In this document: in pieces, positions 19,590-27,108 of the stretch
Position numbering within the stretch: position 1 is the stretch's first letter
Layout of the letters: every line of letters starts with the position of its first letter
From: an uncultured Candidatus Saccharibacteria bacterium
GTDB lineage: Bacteria > Patescibacteriota > Minisyncoccia > SW-4-49-11
Assembly (NCBI GenBank): GCA_964633865.1
Contig: CAZWIJ010000002.1
Coordinates: 628-64,627 of the forward strand
Direction of reading: 5' to 3'
Length of the DNA: 64,000 bases
Translations under genes and position numbers: made by a program
The notes under the pieces: model-generated
The model's input: only the letters and a program-made list of their open reading frames with translations
Database searches by the model: none
What the model was told of the DNA's origin: nothing

Positions 19590-20345
19590 TTATTTTATTT
19601 TTTTCTTGATTCTAAAATAAATAAATACTCCCAAACCAATTATTAATAATACTATTCCTAAAATTAAAGGCCAGATAGGAGGATTTTTCTGATTTGTTTC
19701 AATTGAGTCATTATCTTGACTATTATCAGAACCAGAAATTCTAGTCAATGTAACTATTCCTTGATCATCTTTAATAAATCCATTTCCCTGATTTAACTTT
19801 TCTTGAGTTTGATCAGAATACACAATTGGCTCACCTGTATAATTAATACAATCTGGATTACACATAGAATCTTCATTTAGCTCGAATTCACAAATTAGAT
19901 TCTGATTGCAAGTAGAAAAATCTCCTACATCCAATGATAGAATATTTGTTTGAGTTTCTACTGACTTTATAGATAATTCCTGAACCCAATTAAGATAAGG
20001 GATTATAATTTCAAAAGATCCAACTTTTGGGTTAAACCCAAAATTATGTTTGTAAGTACCATCATTACCAATAAAATCTATATAAAACTTATATTTACTT
20101 GATTCATTTTCCCAATCCTTGTCACCTTCTACTCCTCTTGAAATCATACCTTGATAAGTATCTTCATCACTAATTTTAGAATTAAAAACTATATTAGGAT
20201 TAATACTTTTATCCAAACTTAGAATATTATTTGGCTCATCATAATATAAATATATTTTATAACCTTCAGCCCTAACAAAACTTGGAATCAAAAAACATAA
20301 TATTATAATGAAATTTAATAGATATTTTTTTAAAAAAGTATGCAT
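19590..20345 (-). CDS. Secreted, C-terminally membrane-anchored partner protein (paralog of 17695..18444)
   Basis: Signal peptide, TCNQNLICE...C.PDC, PIVYS..T...L....G.I.D.QG, same C-terminal TM anchor. Confidence 0.8.
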   Translation of the reverse strand: MHTFLKKYLLNFIIILCFLIPSFVRAEGYKIYLYYDEPNNILSLDKSINPNIVFNSKISDEDTYQGMISRGVEGDKDWENESSKYKFYIDFIGNDGTYKHNFGFNPKVGSFEIIIPYLNWVQELSIKSVETQTNILSLDVGDFSTCNQNLICEFELNEDSMCNPDCINYTGEPIVYSDQTQEKLNQGNGFIKDDQGIVTLTRISGSDNSQDNDSIETNQKNPPIWPLILGIVLLIIGLGVFIYFRIKKKIK

Positions 20346-20351
20346 AATTTT

Positions 20352-21221
20352 TTACTTTAAAATTTCCAATTTGACTTCTCCTGTACCATCAGCTTTCATA
20401 CCAATAGATTCTGCTGAACCTTGCGATAAATCTATAATTCTAGCATAATTACCAGCACCATCTTTAGTAAATGGACCTCTATCATTAATTCTAACTTCTA
20501 CAGATTTTCCAGTTTTTATATAAGTAACTTTTATTTTAGTTCCAAAAGGTAAACTTCTATGAGCTGCTGTCATTGCATTCTGATCAAAAGTCTCGCCATT
20601 AGCAGTTTTCCTCCCATGAAATCCTGGACCATAATAAGATGCTACTCCTTTTATTGTAGAAACCACTTCTCCGGAATCTGCCGTACTACTTCCTGTTCTT
20701 GCTGTAACACTTTCGCCCACTACACTTGTACCACCACCAACTAAATTCACCTCTCTTTCTAAGAAATATGAAGTACTATCACATTTCACTCTAAACAAGC
20801 TAAAATCTTCTCCTTTTTGCTCAAATTGTAATGCATCAGATTCTTCCCCACCTCCTCCAAATCCTATATTACTTACCTGAAATCCTAACCCTACTAATAT
20901 AAAATTAAACATTATGAATGCGGATAATGTTAATACTATTCCTAGTATTGCATTCTTAATTATGTCTACTCCTTGCTTATATTTACCTTGATCTCCTGAG
21001 GAGATTACCATATAAAATCCTCCTATTACTATACTTATTACTGCCATTACTCCTAATAATTGAAATAAAAAATTCATTATATCTCTTACTAATATAAACA
21101 TATCACATACTGTACAATCTCTTCCTACCCCACATTTTACCAATCCTCCTTCTGCTCCATACATTATATTGGGGAGCCAAATTAAACTTATTCCTATTAT
21201 TTTTTGTAAATACTTTTTCAT
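20352..21221 (-). CDS. CPR/VirB2-like pilin fused to RlpA-type (DPBB) lytic transglycosylase
   Basis: Same pilin module; C-domain GVASYYG..FHGRKTANGE.FD..AMTAAHRSLPFGT...VRINDRGPF...RIIDLS. Confidence 0.9.
   Translation of the reverse strand: MKKYLQKIIGISLIWLPNIMYGAEGGLVKCGVGRDCTVCDMFILVRDIMNFLFQLLGVMAVISIVIGGFYMVISSGDQGKYKQGVDIIKNAILGIVLTLSAFIMFNFILVGLGFQVSNIGFGGGGEESDALQFEQKGEDFSLFRVKCDSTSYFLEREVNLVGGGTSVVGESVTARTGSSTADSGEVVSTIKGVASYYGPGFHGRKTANGETFDQNAMTAAHRSLPFGTKIKVTYIKTGKSVEVRINDRGPFTKDGAGNYARIIDLSQGSAESIGMKADGTGEVKLEILK
20742..21190. repeat. ~450-bp direct repeat, copy 2 (pilin module)
   Basis: Matches 19053..19501. Confidence 0.92.
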
Positions 21222-21225
21222 ATTT

Positions 21226-22449
21226 TTAATGATGATGAGTATGAGAAATTTCTCCTTTTTTATTCTTCTTTAATTTTATTTTAGGGTGGGTATATACTTT
21301 TGCTGAAATAAAAGTAGTAATCGGCACTGCTAGCACTATTGCGAAACTACCTGCCATTGTCCTGATAATCTCTTGAGAAATATATTCTGAATTAAGGATA
21401 ACCCAAAGAGGATCATTTCTTTCATTTACATATAAAGTAAGAAATAAAGGAAGAGAAGCACCAACATAAGCCAAAGCAAGAGTATTAATCAAAGAAGCAA
21501 TATGTTCTCTACCAATAGAAACTCCTGCTAGATAAAGTTGTTTGAACTTAATCTTAGGATTAGCTCTTTTTATCTCATCTAAAGCTGAAGATTGAGCTAT
21601 AGTTACATCATCTAAAACCCCAAGCATACCGATCATTATTCCAGCAAGATATAGACCTTTTAGATCTATCGTAACATTATTTAGATCTTGAATTAAATAT
21701 TGAGTATAAAATGCTCCTTCTTCACCAGCCCCAAACATCAAAGAAATATTAGCAAAAAACCAAGATACAAAATATGAAAAAATAAAGGTTATCATCAAAC
21801 TAATAAAAGCTATTGTAGTTCTTAATCTAAATCCATGAGCCATAAACAAACTAATCGATGCTATAAATAAAGTACCTATTAGGGTCACTATTAAAGGATC
21901 TTGTCCTTTAATAATAGCTGGTAGTATATAACTCATTAAAACTAAAATACTCAAAAATAAACCTATAATTGAACCCAAACCTTTTAGTTTAGTCACAATC
22001 ATAGCAAATAAAAAGAAGATTCCAGTAACCATTAAAATACCATTTATTCTATCCCTATCATAAACAGAATAAGTTATTTCATTAGAATATTTATTTTCTG
22101 AGACAATTAATCTATCACCTTCTCTGTAAGTTTGACTTTTATCAAGATTTATAGAATTTGAACCCAAAACTTCAATCTGATCACCTTTTCTATCTCCATT
22201 TAAAATTTCAACCCTCAAATCTTGCTTTTTATAAAGAGTCCCATTAATTTCTTCTTCTATAGATTTAACCTCAATTACTTTAGCTTTTATAAATTTAGTT
22301 TCTGGAAAAGTATTTTCTTCCATAGATTCAACTTGGATATTAGGGATATCTTCTATATCTTCTATTATCTCTGTAGCAAAAACAAAATTAGAACTAATAC
22401 TTAGTAAAATTATTCCAAATATAATTATTATATTTTTTTTCATAAACAA
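21226..22449 (-). CDS. YibE/F family membrane protein
   Basis: LGVLDDVTIAQ, IGREHIASLINTLALAYVGASLP, EIIRT, VPITT. Confidence 0.9.
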   Translation of the reverse strand: MFMKKNIIIIFGIILLSISSNFVFATEIIEDIEDIPNIQVESMEENTFPETKFIKAKVIEVKSIEEEINGTLYKKQDLRVEILNGDRKGDQIEVLGSNSINLDKSQTYREGDRLIVSENKYSNEITYSVYDRDRINGILMVTGIFFLFAMIVTKLKGLGSIIGLFLSILVLMSYILPAIIKGQDPLIVTLIGTLFIASISLFMAHGFRLRTTIAFISLMITFIFSYFVSWFFANISLMFGAGEEGAFYTQYLIQDLNNVTIDLKGLYLAGIMIGMLGVLDDVTIAQSSALDEIKRANPKIKFKQLYLAGVSIGREHIASLINTLALAYVGASLPLFLTLYVNERNDPLWVILNSEYISQEIIRTMAGSFAIVLAVPITTFISAKVYTHPKIKLKKNKKGEISHTHHH

Positions 22450-22524
22450 AAGTCTTATTTTAACCAGAATTCTAATTTAAATCTTTAATTAATTCTAACA
22501 TTTTTTATACTGAATGACAAATTT

Positions 22525-23838
22525 TTACTTTATCAAATCCTTATTTAAATATTTTTGTAAAATTTTTGGAACTCTAATATAACCTTCTTTTGTCTGATAA
22601 TTTTCCATAATAGCAATCAAAATTCTACCAATTGCAAAGACAGTAGCATCATTCATATGAGCAAATTCTCTATTTCCACTTTTATCTAAATATTGAGTTT
22701 TAAGCCTCCTTGACTGAAAATCTCCCATATAATCAGAAGTATGAGTTTCTCTATATTGATTTTGGCCAGGCATCCAAGTCTCTATATCAAGAGCTCTTAT
22801 ATCTGGATTTCCCATATCTCCTGTACATTTAAGGACCATCTGATATGGTAATTCTAATTGTTGGACTAAATATTCTTGAATAGCCACAATAAAATCTTGT
22901 TCCACAAAACCATTTTCTTTGGTTGTAAATGTCTCGATTTCTATCTTATCAAATTGATGAAGCCTCAAAATTCCCTTCATATCTTTACCATATGTTCCAG
23001 CTTCTCGCCTGAATGCTGTTGAATATCCTACATATCGTATTGGATTCTCTTTTATATTAATAAGCTCATCCATATGAAGAGGTCCTAATGTATGCTCAGC
23101 ACTACCAACCAACATAAGTCCATCAATAGTAGTTTGATACCGCTCATCCATCGGATGAAGTCTACCCATTCTATCCATAACTTCTGGTCTCATTAGAACA
23201 GGGGGAATTACAGGAATAAATGGAGTATCTGATACTTCTAAATTATTTTTTTGCATAATTTCTTTTAAAATTTTTTGATTAGTCAAAGTATCGAATACCA
23301 TTTGAACAATACTAAATTGTAATCTAACTAAATCACCCACAAGATAAGCAAATCTAGAACCAGAGATAACTGCAGATTTTTGGGTATTAATCAAATTCAA
23401 TTTCTCACCCAATTCCCAATGTTCCTTTGGGTCAAAATCAAATTGAGAAATTATTCCAACTTGTCTTAAAATTTTATTCTCAGTCTCATTCTTACCTATT
23501 GGAGTGTCTTCTGAGTAAAAATTTGGTACCTTTAACATGATATCAAGATATTCTTTATCTATAATGTCCAAATCTGACTCAAGCTTGTTTAAATTTTGTT
23601 TAATATCCTTACCTTTGTTTATCAAATCTATTTTTTCATCCTGAGCCAAATCTTTAATATTCTTCATTTGATCAGCAATTTGATTCTTATTTTTTCTTAA
23701 GACTTCAACCTGATTCAATAAATTTTTTCTCTTATCATAAATAGACAATAAATCATCAATAGAAATCTTACTATTCTTATTAATCAAAACTTGCTTCATA
23801 TAAGAGGCATTATTTTTGATAAATTCTATATCCAACAT
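22525..23838 (-). CDS. serS: Serine--tRNA ligase
   Basis: MLDI start, coiled coil, GSAE, FRREAG, RLHQFDKIE. Confidence 0.95.
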   Translation of the reverse strand: MLDIEFIKNNASYMKQVLINKNSKISIDDLLSIYDKRKNLLNQVEVLRKNKNQIADQMKNIKDLAQDEKIDLINKGKDIKQNLNKLESDLDIIDKEYLDIMLKVPNFYSEDTPIGKNETENKILRQVGIISQFDFDPKEHWELGEKLNLINTQKSAVISGSRFAYLVGDLVRLQFSIVQMVFDTLTNQKILKEIMQKNNLEVSDTPFIPVIPPVLMRPEVMDRMGRLHPMDERYQTTIDGLMLVGSAEHTLGPLHMDELINIKENPIRYVGYSTAFRREAGTYGKDMKGILRLHQFDKIEIETFTTKENGFVEQDFIVAIQEYLVQQLELPYQMVLKCTGDMGNPDIRALDIETWMPGQNQYRETHTSDYMGDFQSRRLKTQYLDKSGNREFAHMNDATVFAIGRILIAIMENYQTKEGYIRVPKILQKYLNKDLIK

Positions 23839-24061
23839 ACTAAAAAATTTTAAACTTTTATGATAATATATTAACATCTTAATCAGAAATTTACAAATAA
23901 AAATTATTATGTTTAAAAAATAATAAAAGCTAATTTGGTATATTATAAGTAAAATATCAAATTAGATATATAAATACTAAATTAAATTTATTATCGAAAT
24001 TACAAAAAAATTATTTATTTTGTAATTTTCTATTTTAACTCTAACTTAATTTAAAAAAAAC

Positions 24062-24204
24062 TTACAAACCCCTACCCCCTTCAAAAAAGGTGGATAAAAA
24101 CTAAAGACTCTTAAATACACCTTTTGAAGGGGTAAAAATCTCTGATTTTTGGGGTTGTAGAATTTTAATTTAAAGTATTATTAATTTGATTTTTGGGGTT
24201 GTAT
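24062..24204. repeat. REP/REPIN-like GC-rich palindromic element, left
   Basis: TACCCCCTTCAAAAAAGGTG...CACCTTTTGAAGGGGTA inverted repeat. AAGGGGTAAAAATCTCTGATTTTTGG (24127-24152) recurs at 24963-24988. Confidence 0.7.
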
Positions 24205-24273
24205 TATTTGAAATTTTACCAATCTTATTTTTGGGATTTTATATTATGGCGACAGGGTGTCGCCTTTTCTTCT

Positions 24274-24302
24274 TTGACCAAATCCGACTTTTTAAGTATA
24301 AT
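24274..24302 (+). promoter_or_regulatory. sigma70 promoter of toxin gene
   Basis: TTGACC-N17-TATAAT, preceded by hairpin GGCGACA-GGG-TGTCGCC plus T-run (24248-24270). Confidence 0.65.
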
Positions 24303-24326
24303 ATACACAAGATTAATTTATTTCTT

Positions 24327-24728
24327 ATGCAAAACTTTATTAAAAATTTCCAAGATTGGTTTTCTTTGAAACCTAAATTAGATAATAACAATCATAAACC
24401 ACCTTTTGTGTCAGAAAGAGATCTCTGGTGGTGCCATCTTGGGGAAAATATTGGAACTGAAATTAGTGGTAAATCTAATAGATACACAAGACCTGTTATT
24501 ATTTTTAAGAAACTTTCTAATTATACTTATTTAGTTATACCTACTTCTACAAAAATCAAATCTGGTTCTTGGTTTATAAATTTTGTCTATAAAAATACAA
24601 ATATGATAGCTTGTCTCAACCAAATAAGAGTTATTGACTATCGTAGAATACAAAATCAAATTGGAAAATTAGATATAAATGATTTTAAATCTATTAAAAC
24701 TGGATTTAAAAAATTATACAATTTGTAA
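24327..24728 (+). CDS. PemK/MazF-family endoribonuclease toxin (orphan)
   Basis: F.DW...K, DLWWCHLGENIGTEISGK, RPVIIFKK, IPTST, QIRVID.RR; start set at MQNFIK. Confidence 0.88.
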   Translation: MQNFIKNFQDWFSLKPKLDNNNHKPPFVSERDLWWCHLGENIGTEISGKSNRYTRPVIIFKKLSNYTYLVIPTSTKIKSGSWFINFVYKNTNMIACLNQIRVIDYRRIQNQIGKLDINDFKSIKTGFKKLYNL

Positions 24729-24774
24729 AAAAAAGCCTCCTATCTCTAGGAGGGACGCGACTAGTGTCGAATAC
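24727..24774 (-). ncRNA. Putative ~48-nt small RNA convergent on the toxin 3' end (candidate RNA antitoxin)
   Basis: Predicted GUAUUCGACACUAGUCGCGUCCCUCCUAGAGAUAGGAGGC-U8: hairpin CGAC-ACUA-GUCG plus terminator CCUCCUA-GAGA-UAGGAGG, downstream of a perfect promoter. Confidence 0.55.
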
Positions 24775-24780
24775 AAAATT

Positions 24781-24809
24781 ATTATACCACACCCTTTCTC
24801 CCCTGTCAA
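24781..24809 (-). promoter_or_regulatory. Perfect-consensus sigma70 promoter driving the putative sRNA
   Basis: TTGACA-N17-TATAAT with TG extension (TGGTATAAT). Confidence 0.75.
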
Positions 24810-24847
24810 ATTTAAAATTTTAAAGGATTCACACTCTCTCTATCCTT

Positions 24848-24990
24848 TTACAACCCCCGTCTCTTACGAGACACCCCCCTTCAAAAAAGGGGGATGAGAT
24901 ACAACTGCTTTAAATTCCCCTCTTGAGGGGTGGCACCGAAGGTGACGGGGTGGATTTCCGAAAAGGGGTAAAAATCTCTGATTTTTGGAG
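24848..24990. repeat. REP/REPIN-like GC-rich palindromic element, right
   Basis: CCCCCTTCAAAAAAGGGGG, GTCTC-TTAC-GAGAC, CCCCTCTTGAGGGG, CACCGAAGGTG; shares blocks with the left element. Confidence 0.7.
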
Positions 24991-25001
24991 TTTTAAATAA
25001 C

Positions 25002-25032
25002 AAAAAAGACAGATGATTTCTCATCCGTCTTA
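25002..25032 (-). terminator. Terminator of pilin gene (duplicated at ~25813-25845)
   Basis: AAGACGGATGAGAAATCATCTGTCTTTTTT on the minus strand. Confidence 0.65.
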
Positions 25033-25056
25033 ATCTGAAGATTTTATTTTTTAGTA

Positions 25057-25668
25057 TTATTGGAATGATCCAGTTTGAACTCCTCCAAATACGAATGTTA
25101 AGATTGTATTGGAAGCTGTGAATGCAAAGAATAAGATAACCATACCGATAACTGCATTGGTCATTCTCTTCTGAGCTGTTTCTGTCTTTCCTGCATCTCC
25201 TCCTGCTGTTGCATATTCGAATCCAGCGATCAAGAAGATACCGAATACGATAATTCCCACAAATCCTAAGAACCAGTTAATTACTGTTGATATAGTTCCT
25301 ATCAAATCTTGTGATTGATTAAGCTCTGTGCTTACTAATACTCCAACTTGTCTTGTATTATCTCCTGTTAGATTTACACCTGTACTTCCTGAAGCACCAC
25401 CTACACATCTATTAGCAGTACATATATCAGATGCACACTCCCCATTAGTTGAACAATTCTGATTAGCTGCATATCTACATTTTCCAGCTACACCTGCTGT
25501 TGCATTCTTACATGCAGTTCCTGCTGTACACGTATTACCAGTAGGGCCTCCACAGTCTGCCCCATAATCAACAACTGCAGCATAACCATAGTTAGGAGCT
25601 ACTAATACTAGAGCGAATAGGAACATTGAAGCTATTCCTAAGCTTTTTAATAAATTAAGTTTTTTCAT
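25057..25668 (-). CDS. CPR/VirB2-like pilin with 8-Cys N-terminal insert
   Basis: Signal peptide, Cys-rich segment, then INWFLGFVGII..AGFEYATAGGD..K...A.KRM.NAVIG. Confidence 0.85.
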   Translation of the reverse strand: MKKLNLLKSLGIASMFLFALVLVAPNYGYAAVVDYGADCGGPTGNTCTAGTACKNATAGVAGKCRYAANQNCSTNGECASDICTANRCVGGASGSTGVNLTGDNTRQVGVLVSTELNQSQDLIGTISTVINWFLGFVGIIVFGIFLIAGFEYATAGGDAGKTETAQKRMTNAVIGMVILFFAFTASNTILTFVFGGVQTGSFQ

Positions 25669-25733
25669 ATTATATAATATTAATTATAATAAATTACAGA
25701 AAGTACTATCTTCAGTTTGTACTTCTGATTCAG

Positions 25734-25762
25734 ATTTTATCAAATTCTTTAATTTTTGTCAA
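25734..25762 (-). promoter_or_regulatory. sigma70 promoter of pilin 25057..25668
   Basis: TTGACA-N17-TAAAAT with TG extension. Confidence 0.6.
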
Positions 25763-25774
25763 TTCAATTTGACC

Positions 25775-25802
25775 TGTGGATAATTAAAGTTTTTGTGGAT
25801 AA
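25775..25802. promoter_or_regulatory. Two perfect DnaA boxes
   Basis: TGTGGATAA (=TTATCCACA) at 25775-25783 and 25794-25802. Confidence 0.65.
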
Positions 25803-25867
25803 GTATATAAACAAAAAAGACAGATGATTTCTCACCTATCTTTTTTTGAAGATTTTATCTTTTAGTA

Positions 25868-26290
25868 TTATTGGAATGATCCTGTCTCAACTCCTCCAAA
25901 TACGAATGATAATATTGTATTAGAAGCTGTGAATGCAAAGAATAAGATAATCATACCTATTACAGCATTTATCATTCTCTTTTGAGCTGTTTCTGTCTTT
26001 CCTGCATCCCCTCCTGCTGTTGCATATTCAAATCCAGCAAGTAAGAAAATTAAGAATACGATAATTCCCACAAATCCTAAGAACCAATTAATTACAATCG
26101 AAATTGTTCCTATCAAATCTTGAGATTGATAAAGTTCTGTACTGACAAGTACTCCAACTTGTCTTGTATTGTCTGGCTGTAAATTTACACCTGATCCATC
26201 AGCATATCCATAACTAGGAGCTCCTAATAATATAGGAAATAGGAACATTATAGTTATTCCTAAATTTTTCAATAAATTAAATTTTTTCAT
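25868..26290 (-). CDS. CPR/VirB2-like pilin (close paralog of 25057..25668 without Cys insert)
   Basis: Near-identical C-terminal ~100 aa; duplicated promoter, leader and terminator. Confidence 0.85.
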   Translation of the reverse strand: MKKFNLLKNLGITIMFLFPILLGAPSYGYADGSGVNLQPDNTRQVGVLVSTELYQSQDLIGTISIVINWFLGFVGIIVFLIFLLAGFEYATAGGDAGKTETAQKRMINAVIGMIILFFAFTASNTILSFVFGGVETGSFQ

Positions 26291-26351
26291 ATTGTATAAT
26301 ATTAATTATAATAAGGCTTATAGATGTACTATCTTCAATTTGTACTTCTAT

Positions 26352-26380
26352 ATTATATCAGTTTTTTTAATTTTTGTCAA
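26352..26380 (-). promoter_or_regulatory. sigma70 promoter of pilin 25868..26290
   Basis: TTGACA-N17-TATAAT with TG extension. Confidence 0.7.
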
Positions 26381-26610
26381 TTTTTATTAACTTACAAATA
26401 AATCTTGTATTTAATTTTTATTTAAAAATATTTATTTTATAAGGAAACGTATCTTATTTTTTTGTCAATTTAAATTAACTTATGAACAAAAAGTATTTGA
26501 GAAAGATTTGAGTAAATTTAAAAATTTTTTGATTAAAAAATAATATTTAAGTATTATTTTCTGGTTTTTGATTTACAAATTTATTTTTTTGTGTATAATA
26601 AATCATAATA

Positions 26611-26683
26611 GGGTATATAGCTCAGTCGGTAGAGCAGAGGACTCTTAATCCTTTGGTCGGTGGTTCGAACCCACCTATGCCCA
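26611..26683 (+). tRNA. tRNA-Lys (CTT)
   Basis: GGGTATA/TATGCCC acceptor, TAGCTCAGTCGGTAGAGC D-arm, GAGGA-CTCTTAA-TCCTT, GGTTCGAACCC; CCA not encoded. Confidence 0.95.
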
Positions 26684-26771
26684 CAAATATTATTTATGTT
26701 TTAAAAAATAAAAAAATAAGTACTTTGTAGAATATACTTATTATTATATTTTATAATTTTTTAGTCATTTA

Positions 26772-27104
26772 CTAAACTTGGAAAACAAACCCTATAATTG
26801 CATTTGTGAGAACAAAGGCAAAGAATAAAATTAAGGCTCCTATCACTGTATTTGTCAATATCTTTACTGAAGACTCTGCTTGTCCTTGATTTCCTCCTGC
26901 TGTTAGATACATGAATCCTGCATAAATTATTAAAATAAATACTATTATTCCTATAAAACCTAGAGTCCAATTAATAGTATTCTGAATATAATCTAAAAGA
27001 GTGCCTTGTGCTACTCCGGTAACACCTGGGTCAGGAATTGCTCCTACTGGAGGAAGTGACTCTTGACCTACAGTTGATGCTAATAATTTTATTGTATTTT
27101 CCAT
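26772..27104 (-). CDS. CPR/VirB2-like pilin
   Basis: INWTLGFIGIIVFILIIYAGFMYLTAGGN......ILTNTVIG. Confidence 0.85.
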   Translation of the reverse strand: MENTIKLLASTVGQESLPPVGAIPDPGVTGVAQGTLLDYIQNTINWTLGFIGIIVFILIIYAGFMYLTAGGNQGQAESSVKILTNTVIGALILFFAFVLTNAIIGFVFQV

Positions 27105-27108
27105 ATTA

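Noticed and set aside
19053-21190. Diversity-generating retroelement TR/VR pair
   Set aside because: Both copies are coding N-terminal regions, the differences are not adenine-specific, and there is no reverse transcriptase in the window.
24679-24897. 72-aa ORF after the toxin as a protein antitoxin
   Set aside because: It has a non-ATG start, overlaps the toxin and is simply a translation of the hairpin, promoter and REP sequence.
24062-24990. Possible CRISPR array or type III antitoxin tandem repeats
   Set aside because: The repeats are irregular palindromes with no regular repeat-spacer period, and no cas genes are present.
25775-25802. Replication origin
   Set aside because: There are only two DnaA boxes in a short intergenic gap, no dnaA/dnaN nearby, and no divergent strand switch.
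26611-26683. tRNA-Lys as integration site of an island
   Set aside because: I found no duplicated tRNA 3' end (att site) and no integrase in the window.
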